Below are positions 32,005 through 43,455 of a stretch of 44,691 nucleotides of DNA, in pieces. The position numbers and the translations under genes are program-made. The DNA lies in NCBI RefSeq assembly GCF_004010195.1, contig NC_057752.1, forward strand, positions 3,397,006 through 3,441,696, in the 5' to 3' direction. Source of the stretch: Chiloscyllium plagiosum (lineage: Eukaryota). The notes under the pieces were generated by a model. It was not told the origin of the DNA. It was given only the letters and a program-made list of their open reading frames with translations, and did not search any database. Within the stretch, counting starts at the first letter, position 1; each line of letters begins with the position of its first letter.

Positions 32005-33005
32005 GATTTTTTTATTCGTGGGACATGGCTGTCGCTGGCTGAGCCCACATTTATTTCCCTGTCCCTGGCTGCCCCCCCTTGAGAAGGTGGGGGGTGAGCT
32101 GCTTTCTTGAACTGCTGCAGTCCATCTGCTGTGGGTTAACCCACAACGCCCTGAGGGAGGGCGTTCCAGAATTTTGACACAATGACACTGAAGGAACAGC
32201 GATAGATTTCCAAGTCAGGATGGTGAGAGGCTTGGAGGGGAACTTGCAGGGGGTGGTGTTCCCATGTATCTGCTGCCCTTGTCCTTCTAGATGGAAGTGG
32301 TCATGGGTTTGGAAGGTGCTGTCTGAGGATCTTTGGTGAATTTCTGTAGTGCATCTTGTAGATAGTACACACTGCTGCTACTGAGTGTCGGTGGTGGAGG
32401 GAGTGGATGTTTGTAGATGTGGTGCCAATCAAACGGGGGCTGCTTTGTCCTGGATGGTGTTGAGCTTCTTGAGTATCGTTAGAGCTGCACCCATCCAGGC
32501 AAGTGGGGAGTATTCCATCACAATCCTCACTTGCACCTTGTAGATTGTGGACAGGCTTTGTGGAATCAGGAGGTGAGTTATTCACCGCAGTATTCCTAGC
32601 CTCTGACCTGCCCTTGTAGCCACTGTGTTTATGTGGCGAGTTCAGTTGAGTTTCTGGTCAATGGTAATTTCCAGGATGATGATAGTGGGGGATTCAGTGA
32701 TAGTAATGCCTTTGAATGTCGTGGGGCAGTGGTTAGGTTGTCTCTTATTGGTGAAGGTCATAGTCTGGCATTTGTGTGGCATGAATGTTACTTGCCACTT
32801 GTCAGCCCAGGCCTGGATATTGTCCAGATCTTATTGCATTTGAACATGGACTGCTTCAGTATCTGAGGAGTCACGAATGGTGCTAAACATGGTGATGGAG
32901 GAAAGGTCATTGATGAAGCAGCTAAAGATGGTTGGGCCGAGGACACTACCCTGAGGAACTCCTGCAGAGATGTCCTGCAGCTGAGATGACTGACCTCCAA
33001 CAACC
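32005..33005 (-). mobile_element. Zenon-like CR1-group LINE 3' end (about 1 kb)
   Basis: Minus frame LIGTTSTNIHSLHHRHSVAAVCTIYKMHYRNSPKILRQHLPNP; homologous to 5990-6520 and 41205-42015. Confidence 0.9.
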
Positions 33006-33009
33006 ACGA

Positions 33010-33462
33010 CTGGTTTGTCTATTCATCGCATCCATGCCCCTCATGATTTTATAAACCTCTATAAGGTGACCCCTCAGCCTCCGATGCTCCAGGGAAAACA
33101 GCCCTAGCCTATTGAGCCTCTCCCTATAGTTCAAACCCTCCAACCCTGGCAACATCCTTGTAAATCTTTTCTGAATTCTTTCAAGTTTAACAACATCCTT
33201 CCTATAGCAGCGAGACCAGAACTGAATGCAGTATTCCAAAAATGGCCTTACCAATGTCAGCCGTAACATGACTTCCCAACTCGGATACTCAATGCTCTGA
33301 CCAATAAAGGAAAGCATACCAAACGCCTTCTTCACTATCCTATCTACGTGCGACTCTACTTTCAAGGAGCTATGAACCTGCACTCCAAGGTCTCTTTGTT
33401 CAGCAACACTCCCCAGGACCTTACCATTAAGCACACAAGTCCTGCCCTGGTTTGTCTTTCCC
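33010..33462 (-). mobile_element. CR1/HER1 ORF2 fragment
   Basis: ORF 32946-33434 LNGKVLGSVAEQRDLGVQVHSSLK...EYCIQFW...LIEVYKIMRG. Confidence 0.92.
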
Positions 33463-34499
33463 AGTCAACTTTATGGTAAGATTCAGCCACTTGCGTTTGG
33501 AGCTGTAGACAGCAATATTGAGGTAATTTCTTCAGTATTAAAGCAAATATTAAAGCTGATTCTCAGTCAATAATTCAGAGATGAGTCGACACATATTGAC
33601 TGCTGCGTGGATGGTAATGTGGATGAGCTGGAGTTCACTGTTCTTTGCAGAGACAACCTCTTGGTACCACATTAAATTAAAATGTTAAGCACACACAAAA
33701 TCTTGTTTGGAAAGAGACATTGGGAATATAATCCAAGAACTGGCACACCAGGTCATGTGTACCAGGCAAGGCAGCCATTAGAGGTAACTGGAGTAAATTA
33801 AAGGTGTAGAAATAGCCTGGTACTCAAGACAGCTCAAAGCACAGTGCTCTGACAATTTTTTAAATTGATGCCTTTAAGAGTATCATTACACTGTTGCGGA
33901 AATATTGAGGCAGGCTGTTTGTAAAAGAGACAGGGCTAACCTGGCCTGGAACATCAGGTTTTGAGCTAACAGTTGAGCCACCAGGAAAGCAGACTCTGCA
34001 GCCAGAACAACGGCCTGGATTTTCCTCAGATGTTTTCCCACTTTTCCGCAGTGGGGGGACAAACAGGAATCTTCCAGCACACATCCGGCACTACGACACG
34101 AGCAGTTCAGAGGAAATCTCCAGCCTGATCACACTGATCCTCGGAGTGATGGCCCCACTGCCAAATTGGGCCCATTCCTCATGGTAAGGGAACAGTGGAG
34201 GAGTCAAGGGACTTGGGCACCATCAGCGCAAGGTTCGCAAATCTGGTGCATGGGGTACAAGAAGCAATTGGCAGAGCGAGAGCGTCTGGTCAAGCAGGTT
34301 GGCGAGGAAGCAATGGGCAGATTTGACTCACAGGTGGGGCCAGAGGAGGGATGGATGAAGAGACAGTGGGGGGCACATGGCTGGCCCATTAAGGCTGGAA
34401 TTTTCCAGTCACTCCCTGAGGCGTCAGAAACCAGGCCTGACGGAGCAACTCCAAGCAGGCTTTGAGGCCTTCGCTCATCAACGTGGCAACAGCCATGTT

Positions 34500-34850
34500 T
34501 GGTTCCCACTCGGAGTACTGTGCTCAGTTTCGAATTCTATCGCTGAGGAAAGATCTATTCAGCAGTACAGCACAGATCCCCCAGTGCATTGAAAAGGTGA
34601 GGGCAGGTTGTCTGATATTCGTTTGAATTTGGAAGACGAGGGCTGATCTGATCGAGATGGTTAAACCGATTAAGGAATTTGATAGGGGTAGACACAGAGA
34701 AGCTGTTCTTTCCTCTGGTTCAGAATCCACTTCAAGAACTTGCAAGTGACATCAGGGAGCAAATTTCGCACCCAATGGGGCACGGAAATCGAAAACTCAC
34801 TTTCAGGATTAATTGAGTTGGGATCTTGGACGTTTTTTGCACTGCAAGTT
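34500..34850 (+). mobile_element. Heavily decayed CR1 fragment
   Basis: ggagtactgtgctcagttt...gctgatctgatcgagatggttaaa...gataggggtagacacagagaagctgttctttcctctgg echoes the CR1 EYC.QF, DLIE and DRVD.EKLFPL motifs. Confidence 0.5.
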
Positions 34851-35194
34851 GAGTCTCTCAACAAGTCTTTCTCCCCCCACTAATCTTCCCATACAAAACA
34901 GGAAAATCAATATTTAATTATGAAAATAATTGGTAAATGTTCCATAAAAACTTTGATCTGAAAACCCATGGGTTCAGACCAGCGGTGCTGCACAACAGGC
35001 TCATCGTCACCATGTCAAGATATGTTTGAGGCAGCTTGTTCAGCGATATTACGACAGGAGTGACTGGGATTTGAACTCAGGCACCATAGTACTGAGGCAG
35101 GAACCCACCACAGCGACACACAAGCCTTCCTTTTCAGGTCAATACTAGTTATGATTAACGCCACCAAATTTTGAAATAGCTAAGACAGGTTGTA

Positions 35195-35573
35195 GCAACC
35201 AGGTTTTGAGTTTAGAAACTCAAGAGGCGATTTGATTAAAACGTTGAAGACAATTAAAGGATTCGACCGGGCAGATCGAGGGAGACTATTTCACCCAATG
35301 GTGCAACCTTGACATTGGAGCCGGGATGGTCAGGGAGGATGCTGGGAGGCAGTTTTCCGCCCGAGGTGGAGTGGGAACATAGACCTCTCTCTGAAGAAAG
35401 TGTTGCCAACTGAAAATGTCAAACCGGATTTTGTTAGGCAAGGGTTCAGTAACCGAGGGCGATGAAGCTCAGATACAGATCAGCTCGGATTAACATGAAC
35501 TGGTCAAGCAGCTGAGTGGCTCCCTGCTGTTCCTATTCAACAGGTCAGAGGGGCTGAATGGCCCCCTGCTGTT
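35195..35573 (+). mobile_element. Decayed CR1 3' end (continues at 36128-36170)
   Basis: gaggcgatttgattaaaacgttgaagacaattaaaggattcgac...gatacagatcagc...ggctgaatggcc tail. Confidence 0.6.
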
Positions 35574-36127
35574 ATAGAGTCAGAGAGATGTACAGCAGGG
35601 AAACAGACCCTTCAGTCCAACCTGTCCATGCCGACCTGATGTCCCAACCCAACCTAGCCCCACCTGCCAGCACCTGGCCCATATCCCTCCAAACCCTTCC
35701 TATCCATGTCCCCATCCAGATGCCTTTTAAATGTTGCAATTGTACCAGCCTCCACCACGTCCTCTGGCAGCTCATTCTATAAACGTACCACCCTCTGCCA
35801 GCGATACATGAATTCAAACAGCAAAGGCAGTAATTGTGCAAGTTCACTGCTCTGTCAGATAGCAATGTAGGTTTCTTTCTCTCTTTCTCTCTCTTGCACT
35901 AACATCACCAATGTGCTTCCTTTGTCTGTTCCTCTCCCTTTTAAAACTGTTGTTGTTTTGACATTTTTTTCCCCAAAGTTCCAAAACAATGCGACAGCAT
36001 ATAAAACAGTAATTGCTGCTCCTGGAATTCAAGGAAATCACCTCCAACGTCTAAAATACCTCAAAAAAGGAGCAGCCTGTTACAGCCAGAAACTTTTCCC
36101 GTCCTCTATCTTGGATTACCCAGAACG
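35574..36127 (-). mobile_element. Non-autonomous bipartite CR1 derivative (5'UTR fused directly to 3' end)
   Basis: 36125-35798 matches the CR1 5'UTR at 44020-44320; 35797-35574 matches the CR1/HER1 3' terminus; no ORF1/ORF2 body; 36-bp direct repeats flank it (35538-35573 and 36128-36163). Confidence 0.85.
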
Positions 36128-36354
36128 CAACAGGTCAGAGTGGCTGAATGGCCTCCTGCTGTTCCTATGATCACAAAACATCAAACAATGCCAGTTTTCT
36201 CTCATGTTCAGGTTTTTGTGAACAAGTTGACACCCTCAGACAGCGCAGGTATTAAAGTCATGGATTCTGCTGACATCATTGCTGCGCTGTTCTCGGGAAT
36301 ATATCAGGTATTTCCTGCTTTTTCATTGAAAAGTGTTTGTGAAGCTGCAGGCTT

Positions 36355-37680
36355 TTCCTTTTATTGATCTGTGGGATGTGGGTGTCGCTGTGGGTGTGGG
36401 TGGATCAGCATTTATTGCCCTGTCCCTAGTTGCCCTCCCTTGAGAAGGTGGGGGTGAGCTGCTCTCTGGAACCGCTGCAGTCCATGTGCTGTGGGTCGAC
36501 CCACAATGCCCTGAGGGAGGGAGTTCCAGGATTGTGACCCAACGACACTGAAGGACCGGCGATATATTACCAAGTCAGGATGGTGAGTGGCTCGGAGGGG
36601 AACCTGCAGGGGGTGGTGTTCCCAAGTATCTGCTGCCCTTGTCCTTCTAGATGGAAGTGGGCGTGGGTTTGGAGGGTGTTGTCTGAGGATCTTTGGTGAA
36701 TTTCTGTAGTGCATCTTGGGGATGGTACACACTGCTGCTACTGACCGTCGGTGGAGGAGGTAGTGGATGTGGTGCCAGTCAAGCGGGGGCTGCTTTGTCC
36801 TGGATGATGTCGAGCTTCTTGAGTGTTGTTGGAGCTGCCCCCATTCAGGCAAGTGGAGAGTATTCCATCACACTCCTAACTTGGGCCTTGCAGATAGTGG
36901 TCAGGCTTTGGGAAGTCAGGAGGTGAGTTACTCGCCACAGTATTCCTGGCCTCTGACCTGCTTTTGTCGCCACTGTGTTTATGTTTGATTTGATTTATTA
37001 TTGTCTCATGTACCTAGGTACAGTGAAAGTTTTGTTTTGCATGCAGTACAGGCAGATCATACTGTCCAAAGTGCATGAGGGTGATAGAACAGAGCAAGGA
37101 ATACAATATTAATCTGTGGGGAGTCCAGTTGAGTTTCTGGTCAACAGTAACCCCAGGATGTTGAGAGTGGGGGATTCAGTGATGGCAACACCACTGAACA
37201 TCCATAGAACAGTGGCGAGATTGTCTCGCTTTTTGGTCATAGCCTGGCATTTGTGTGGCACGGACGTTACTTGGCACCTGGTGATGGTTATAGCCTGGCA
37301 TTTGTCAGGCGCGGATGTTACTTGGCACCTGGTAATGGTCATAGCCTGGCATTTGTGTGGCACGGATGTTACTTGGCACATGGTGATGGTTATAGTCTGG
37401 CATTTGTGTGGCACAGATGTTACTTGGCACCTGGTGATGGTCATAGTCTGGCATTTGTGTGGCACAGATGTTACTTGGCACCTGGTGATGGTCATAGCCT
37501 GGCATTTGTGTGGCACGGATGTTACTTGGCACCTGGTGATGGTCATAGCCTGGCATTTGTGTGCCACGGATGTTACTTGGCACCTGGTGATAGTCCTAGC
37601 TTGGCATTTGTGTGGCACGGACATTACTTGGCACCTGGTGATGGTCATAGGCTGGCATTTGTGTGGCGCGACTTGTCAGA
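36355..37680 (-). mobile_element. Zenon-like CR1-group LINE 3' region with a Rex1 tail insertion (about 36985-37110) and an internal tandem expansion
   Basis: Minus ORFs LLHRRSVAAVCTIPKMHYRNSPKILRQH and FSGVAITESPTLNILG; Rex1 tail tttgatttgatttattattgtctcatgtacc. Confidence 0.88.
37235..37668. repeat. 51-bp LINE-derived minisatellite, about 8.5 copies
   Basis: ggtcatagcctggcatttgtgtggcacggatgttacttggcacctggtgat starting at 37235, 37286 ... 37643. Confidence 0.97.
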
Positions 37681-38904
37681 TGCAGTGAACAAACCCATTT
37701 TGATGCCCTGGCTGATGGCCCGATGCAGTGAGGCAGGGAACAGAGAGGGCTCTGTGTTCAGGCTGTTGGCTGCAGACGTGATCCAAATGGCGACAGGCTA
37801 CAAGTTGGTGCTGAGCCCTGAGCCCCACTGAAGGCCAGGAGCCAGGTGGGTCGGGCATGCTTCGGAACGGGCAGGATATTGAGTAGGGGTTTAACAAAGA
37901 AACCAATTCAATTCTGTTGACATGAATGAGGCACTGTGGACAACAACAGGATGCACTACGGTGGGGAAACAAAACCAGGGCAGATGACAGACAGAACAAA
38001 AGGCTGGTGAAGGTGATGGGATAGGTTTCAGCTGAAAAGGGGGAAGACCAGGCCAGAGGTGGTGGGAGTATGTGTAACATCTCCCAGAGCCACTTCTCTC
38101 TGTTTGTGTCTCCACACTGCATTGTGGGATATCTTATTCTGTTCAAGGCACAGCGTGTGTTATTGGTTAACTGTATCTCAGAAAGAAAGACATGGTGCGA
38201 GTCAGGTCCTCAAGCCACAACTGATTATGCGACCTTCGGCTGAGGCACAGGTTATGATGCCAGCAAACTCCTTGTCAGCGTGAACCAGATTGACAACGCA
38301 TGCCTTCCGTGGGTAGGTTGGTGTTCAGTTCCTTCTCTGTTGGAGGTACTGACTCTGACACAGTGCACATGAACAGATAGCACAGACACTCCAGTTACCA
38401 GAGCAAATGGCCTACCATTGTGGGTTTGCCTGAAGAGCGAACATTGCTTTGGTCCTTCATGGGTGGCCAGCAGGGTGTTAGCGATCGGGTATGGACGCTG
38501 CCCGCTCAGGTTCGCCTCCTATCCCTTGGCTCCAACCCTGAAGGCAACCGAAGCAGGACCAGGCCACAGGTACCCGCTGGGAGTGCCAGTCGGCTGATGA
38601 CATTCACCCCACGCATTCAATGGCAGCCCGCGCCAACCCTGTGCGAGTGGGGAGGTGGAACGTGGGCTCAAGCCCAGCTCCCTCCCCGAACTTGTTTCTG
38701 TGCCAGGGTGGCTCCCTTCCCAGAGGAAGGCTCTGGAGTTATGGAGGGTTGCATCATTTGGTGAGCAAGCTGCCAGTTGCGGGGTGCAATAACTAGAGGG
38801 GGCAAAATTTGGCAGGGGCCCAAAACTTGGAGTTGTGCAAAATTTGGGGAAGGCTGCAAACTTTTTCAGGGCTCAGCAAAGTTGTGGGTGTTGTATAATT
38901 GGGG

Positions 38905-39198
38905 GCAGGAAATGGTGCCTCAGTGGTTAGCATTGCTGCCTCATGGTGCCAGGGACCTGGGTTCAATTCCAGCCTCAGGCGACTGTGTGGAATTTGCACA
39001 TCCTCCCTGTGTCTGTGTAGGTTTGCTCTGGTTTCCTTCCACAGTCCAATGATGTGCAGGGGTGTGTAGGTTAGGTGCATTAGTGAGGGGTTAATGTAGA
39101 GCAGTAGGGGAATGGGTCTGGGTGGGAGACTCTTCGGAGGGTTGGTGTGGACTTGTTGGGCCAAAGGGCCTGTTTCCACACTGTAGGGATTCTATGAT
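38905..39198 (+). mobile_element. HE1-type V-SINE
   Basis: Head, degraded V-domain, tail ctgtagggattctatgattc. Confidence 0.9.
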
Positions 39199-39370
39199 TC
39201 AGAGAGCTTACGGCACAGCAGGAGGGGCTGATTCGGTCCATTGAGCCCATGCTGGCTCTCCATCTCACTTCCCTGCCCCCCAGTCCATTCTCATGGCTTT
39301 GCAAGTTAATTGCCTTCAAGTGCTCCTGCCCAGTTTCATTTGGATTGCTTCTGGTTCCAACCCCATCTTG

Positions 39371-39484
39371 GGCAGTGAGTCACTGTCTGTCCATTCCCCC
39401 CTCTACTTCCTACTGCCCTGGCAGTGAGTCACTGTCTGTCCATTCCCCCCTCTACTTCCTACTGCCCTGGCAGTGAGTCACTGA
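39371..39484. repeat. 49-bp tandem repeat, about 2.3 copies
   Basis: ggcagtgagtcactgtctgtccattcccccctctacttcctactgccct starting at 39371, 39420 and 39469. Confidence 0.93.
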
Positions 39485-39602
39485 CACAAGAGCAACGCTC
39501 CGAAAGCGTGTGATTTCAAATAACCCTGTTGGACTATAACCTGGTGTCATGTGACCGCTGACCTTGTCCACCCCCAGTCCAACACCGGCACCTCCGCATC
39601 TC
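39481..39602 (+). mobile_element. PLE-type terminal fragment (family of 18075-18257), hammerhead decayed
   Basis: gagcaacgctccgaaagc...ctgttggactataacctggtgtcatgtga...ccccagtccaacaccggcacctcc. Confidence 0.65.
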
Positions 39603-39949
39603 TCCAACGGGAGAGCAGTGCAATGGTCTAGTCAATCTATGGCGACTTTCACACACACATTGTTGATTTAAATACTGAGATGTCACCCCTTCAGATTCAG
39701 AGTTGCAGCCCCTTTAAACAGGAGTGCTGTACTCCTGCCACTGTCTGAGTTTCAGAACTGCGAACTAGGTTTACCCTCACAGAACAGCTTTCTGTGCTCC
39801 CCACCAACCATGAGAGTTGAGATAATTACACTTGTGTGGCTGCCACTGGCTTGATAGCAGAGAGACTGCGAATGGAAATAAAAAGGAGCTCTTGACTTAG
39901 GAACATGTGCATACGCCCCCGACTGATTAGTCTATTATGATTCCACATC

Positions 39950-40365
39950 CCGCACGGTGGCTCAGTGATTAGCGCTGCTGCCTCACGGCGCCAGGGACCC
40001 GGGTTCGATTCCAGCCTCGGGCAACTGTCTGCGTGGGGTTTGCATGTTCTCCCAGTGTCCTCCCACAGTCCAAAGATGTGCAGGTTAGGGTGGATGGGAA
40101 ATTGCCCATAGTGTTCAGGGATGTGTAGGTTAGGTGCATTAGTCAGGGGTAAATATAGAGAACAGAAGAACCTCACTTAACCAGCAAGATCGCGATGCTC
40201 ACCAAAGCTATGTTATCTGGAATTCGATTTGCCAAAAAAAATACTCCCCACCTTGAGGTTCCTGAGTAATAGGATAGGGAAATGGGTCTGGGCGGGATAC
40301 TCTTCGGAGGGTCGGTGTGAACTTGTTGGGCCGAAGGGCCCGTTTCCACACTGTAGGGATTCTAT
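39950..40365 (+). mobile_element. HE1-type V-SINE with an unrelated insert of about 119 bp (40159-40277)
   Basis: Head and V-domain at 39950-40158; tail resumes at about 40278 with ggaaatgggtctgggcgggatactcttcgg. Confidence 0.88.
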
Positions 40366-41029
40366 AATTTCCGGTTTCGATTAGAAATGCGAGTGAGGTG
40401 CTTTTCTGGGGGCCCCTTCCAATCGAACAGGAGAGGAAATGTCAGCCCCCCCCCCAGCTTGTTCTCCCTGCGATTACAGGGAACACAGGTCCCAGCCTCT
40501 GTGCCTGGATGCGATCCTCTCCGCGAAGTGAGCTGAGGCTGCTGAGCAACATGTGCACTCTCAGCCCACGGTGACCCAGTGCCTTGCAGCAGCGTGTGGA
40601 GATGCTGCATCACGCTTGCATCAATAATTGATGGAGGGAAGCGACGTTGTTGCACAGTGGGCTCCGAAGTGCAAGCTCAAACGCTGGCAGGCAGCTGCGG
40701 CAAGAGAGAGAGAGAAAGAAAACCACTCAGACAATGTTCCAAGCAGCCTGCACTCAGAGCTACAAGGCCGGTTGGACGAGGCGGCGAGAGTGAACGGAGG
40801 AGAGGCTGCCACACAAATGCAGAGCGGCCGCTGCAACATTAAAAAAAAGGTGGCCCACGTTTTTCCGAGGCTGCTGGAGAACAAGCGCTCATCCCTGTTT
40901 TTGCAGGACAACAAGACAGGTTGTCCATCATTGTGATGAATCATTCCCATCATCCTCAGGCTTGCTTCAATCACCATCTTGTTACGAGGTGGGGGTTGGA
41001 ATTTCCCCGTGAGTCTGCCCTGCTGCCAC

Positions 41030-41190
41030 GACTCCCCACACCCTTCCCTTCTCTCTCCTGTTCCCCCTTCCCCTTTCCTTCCCTCCTTTCTCCTTCACCT
41101 TTCTCCCCACTCTTTCTTCCACCTTCACCCGTCCTCTCCGCCTCCGACTCTCCCTCCTGCTCTCTCCTTCTCTCCCTCCTCTCTGCTCGC
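41030..41190. repeat. Pyrimidine-rich (CT) low-complexity tract
   Basis: Direct inspection. Confidence 0.85.
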
Positions 41191-41204
41191 TCACTACTTC
41201 ATTA

Positions 41205-42015
41205 ATTTGAAGCAGCCCATGTTCAAATGCAACAAGATCTGGACAATACCCAGGCTTGGGCTGACAAGTGGCAAGTAACATTCGCACTACACAAATGCCA
41301 GGCTGTGACCATCGCCAATAAGAGACACTCTAACCAGCACCCCTTGTCATTCAATGGTGTTACCATCACTGAATCCCCCACTATCACCATCCTGGGGGTT
41401 ACCATTGACCAGAACCTCAACTGAACTCACCACAAACACAGTGGTGACAAGAGCAGGCTAGGAATACTGCAGTACCTCCCCTCCTATCTCCCCAAAGCCT
41501 GTCCACCATTTACAAGGCACAAGTCAGGAGTGTGATGGAATACTCCCCACTTGCCTGGATGGGGGCAGCTCCAACAACACTCAAGAAGCTCAACACCATC
41601 CAGGACAAAGCAGTCCACTTGATTGACACCACATCCACAAACATCCACTCCCTCCACCACCAATGCTCAGTAGCAGTAGTGTGTGCTATCTACAAGATGC
41701 ACTGTAGAAATTCACCAAAGATCCTCAGGCAGCACCTTCCAAACCCACAACCACTTCCATCTCGAAGGACAAGGGCAGCAGATACATGGGAACACCACCA
41801 CCTTCAAGTTCCCCTCCAAGCCACTCACCATCCTGACTTGGAAATCTATCACCGTGTTGCTGGATCAGAATCCTGGAATTCCCTCCCTAAGGGCATTGTG
41901 GGTCAGGTGGACTGCAGCAGTTCACCCCTATCTTCTCAAGGGGGGCAACTAGGGACAGGGCAATAAATGCTGGGCCCAGCCATCGACACCCATGTCCCAC
42001 AAATGAATAAAAACA
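41205..42015 (+). mobile_element. Zenon-like CR1-group LINE 3' end
   Basis: MQQDLDNTQAWADKWQVTFALHKCQAVTI...ILGVTIDQNLN and MEYSPLAWMGAAPTTLKKLNTIQDKA; tail gggcaataaatgctgggcccagcc...aatgaataaaaa. Confidence 0.92.
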
Positions 42016-42344
42016 AATTCACAAAGGAACATGATACAAGTTATAGGACAGGCAGAAACACATGTAGAGCATAAACACTAGCACAAACTAGTTGGGGCAA
42101 ATGGCCTGAGTTGTGCTATTTGTCCTAGAGCCAAGACATTGACTCCTTTGTAGAAACTTTATACCTGTGTTTGTGCATGCCTGATGCTACACATTGTTAT
42201 TTTTCTCAGAGGTGGCAAATCATAAATTTGGTCTTTCTTTCACTCGGGAAAACCTCATAAATGGCTCATTCCTTTTTTTTGGACTAATGAACTACGTTTT
42301 ATTTGAAGCCTGACATAGCCTTGTGCTAAAACTATTTCAAATCT

Positions 42345-43455
42345 TTGTCGTAGCCAAACGAGAGGTTAAAGCATCAGTGAGCAGCTTCATTCCTCCATAC
42401 CTGACCATAACAAAAACTAAATGAAAAAGAAACTGAAGTCCTGCATCAGTCGGTACCACAAGAAGAATACCTACCTCCAAATATTGTCACTGAGGAAACC
42501 GAGCTGAAAGCCCTCAAGTAATTCACCTGTTTGAGGTGAATTTGACATCACCATAAACAAGGGAGGTCAGTCGTTTGAGTATTGGAGTTGGGACGTCATG
42601 TTGAGGTTGTACAGGATGTTGGTGAGGCCTCTTCTGGAATACTGTGTCCAGTTCTGGTCGCCCTGTTATAGGAAAGATCTTAAGTTGGAGGGGATTCAAA
42701 AGAGATTTACCAGGACGTTGCTTGGTATGGAAGGTTTGAGTTATAAAGAGAGGCTGGGACTTTTTTCACTGGAGCATAGGAGGCTGAGAGGTGACCTTAT
42801 GGAAGTTTATAAAATCATGAGGGGTATAGCTAGGGTTAATGGTAGGTGTCTTTTCCCTAGGATGGGGGATTTCAAGACTGGGGGCATATTTTTAAGGTGA
42901 GAGGAGAGAGATTTAAAAAAGACAAGGGGCAATTTTTTTTTTACAGAGGGTGGTTCGCATGTGGATGTGGGTACAATTACAATGTTTAAAAGACATTTGG
43001 ATAAATACATGAATAGGAAAGGTTTGGAGGGATATGGGTCAGGTGCAGGCAGGTAGGACTAGGTTAGTTTGGGATTATGTTCGGCATGGACTGGTCGAAC
43101 CGAAAGGTCTGTTTCGGTGCTGTATGACTGCATGTGGACAATAGGCTTTCAAAAGTGAACAGTACATTCAGTAGACTCTCAAACAACTGTGCAGCCATCT
43201 CAGTCTCAGAGAGACAGACCAAAATCAAAGTGTACAAAACCGTAGTGCTTGCCACCTTTCTATACAGCAATCGAGCCATGGATATTGTACCACCATCGTA
43301 TACATCTTTTATCAGCACTGCCTCTGCAACATCCTTGAGACCCACAGGCAAGACCACATCATAAATATTCAAGTCCTAGAAACAACAAAGGTCACCCACA
43401 TCAAGGCCGTCCTCCTGCAAAGCCTACTGGGTTGGACAGATTACATCGTCCACAG
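42345..43455 (+). mobile_element. RTE-clade (BovB-like) LINE fragment split by a CR1 insertion (about 42345-42566 and 43133-43455)
   Basis: KTEVLHQSVPQEEYLPPNI...ETELKA..FT on the left; DNRLSKVNSTFSRL...TKIKVYKTVVLATFLY on the right; together they form the RTE post-RT motif series. Confidence 0.75.
42567..43132 (+). mobile_element. CR1/HER1 LINE 3' end
   Basis: ORF 42598-42900 LYRMLVRPLLEYCVQFWSPCYRKD; tail ggtctgtttcggtgctgtatgact; same subfamily as 207-1135. Confidence 0.92.

Noticed and set aside
35391..35420. ctgaaga...gaaaatgtc as another hammerhead
   Set aside because: Stem II only about 3 bp, no convincing stem I or III, and it lies within a decayed CR1; likely chance.
37116..37831. 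190-aa and 192-aa Trp/His/Cys repeat ORFs as real metal-binding proteins
   Set aside because: Antisense frames of a LINE-derived 51-bp tandem array; no promoter or splice evidence.
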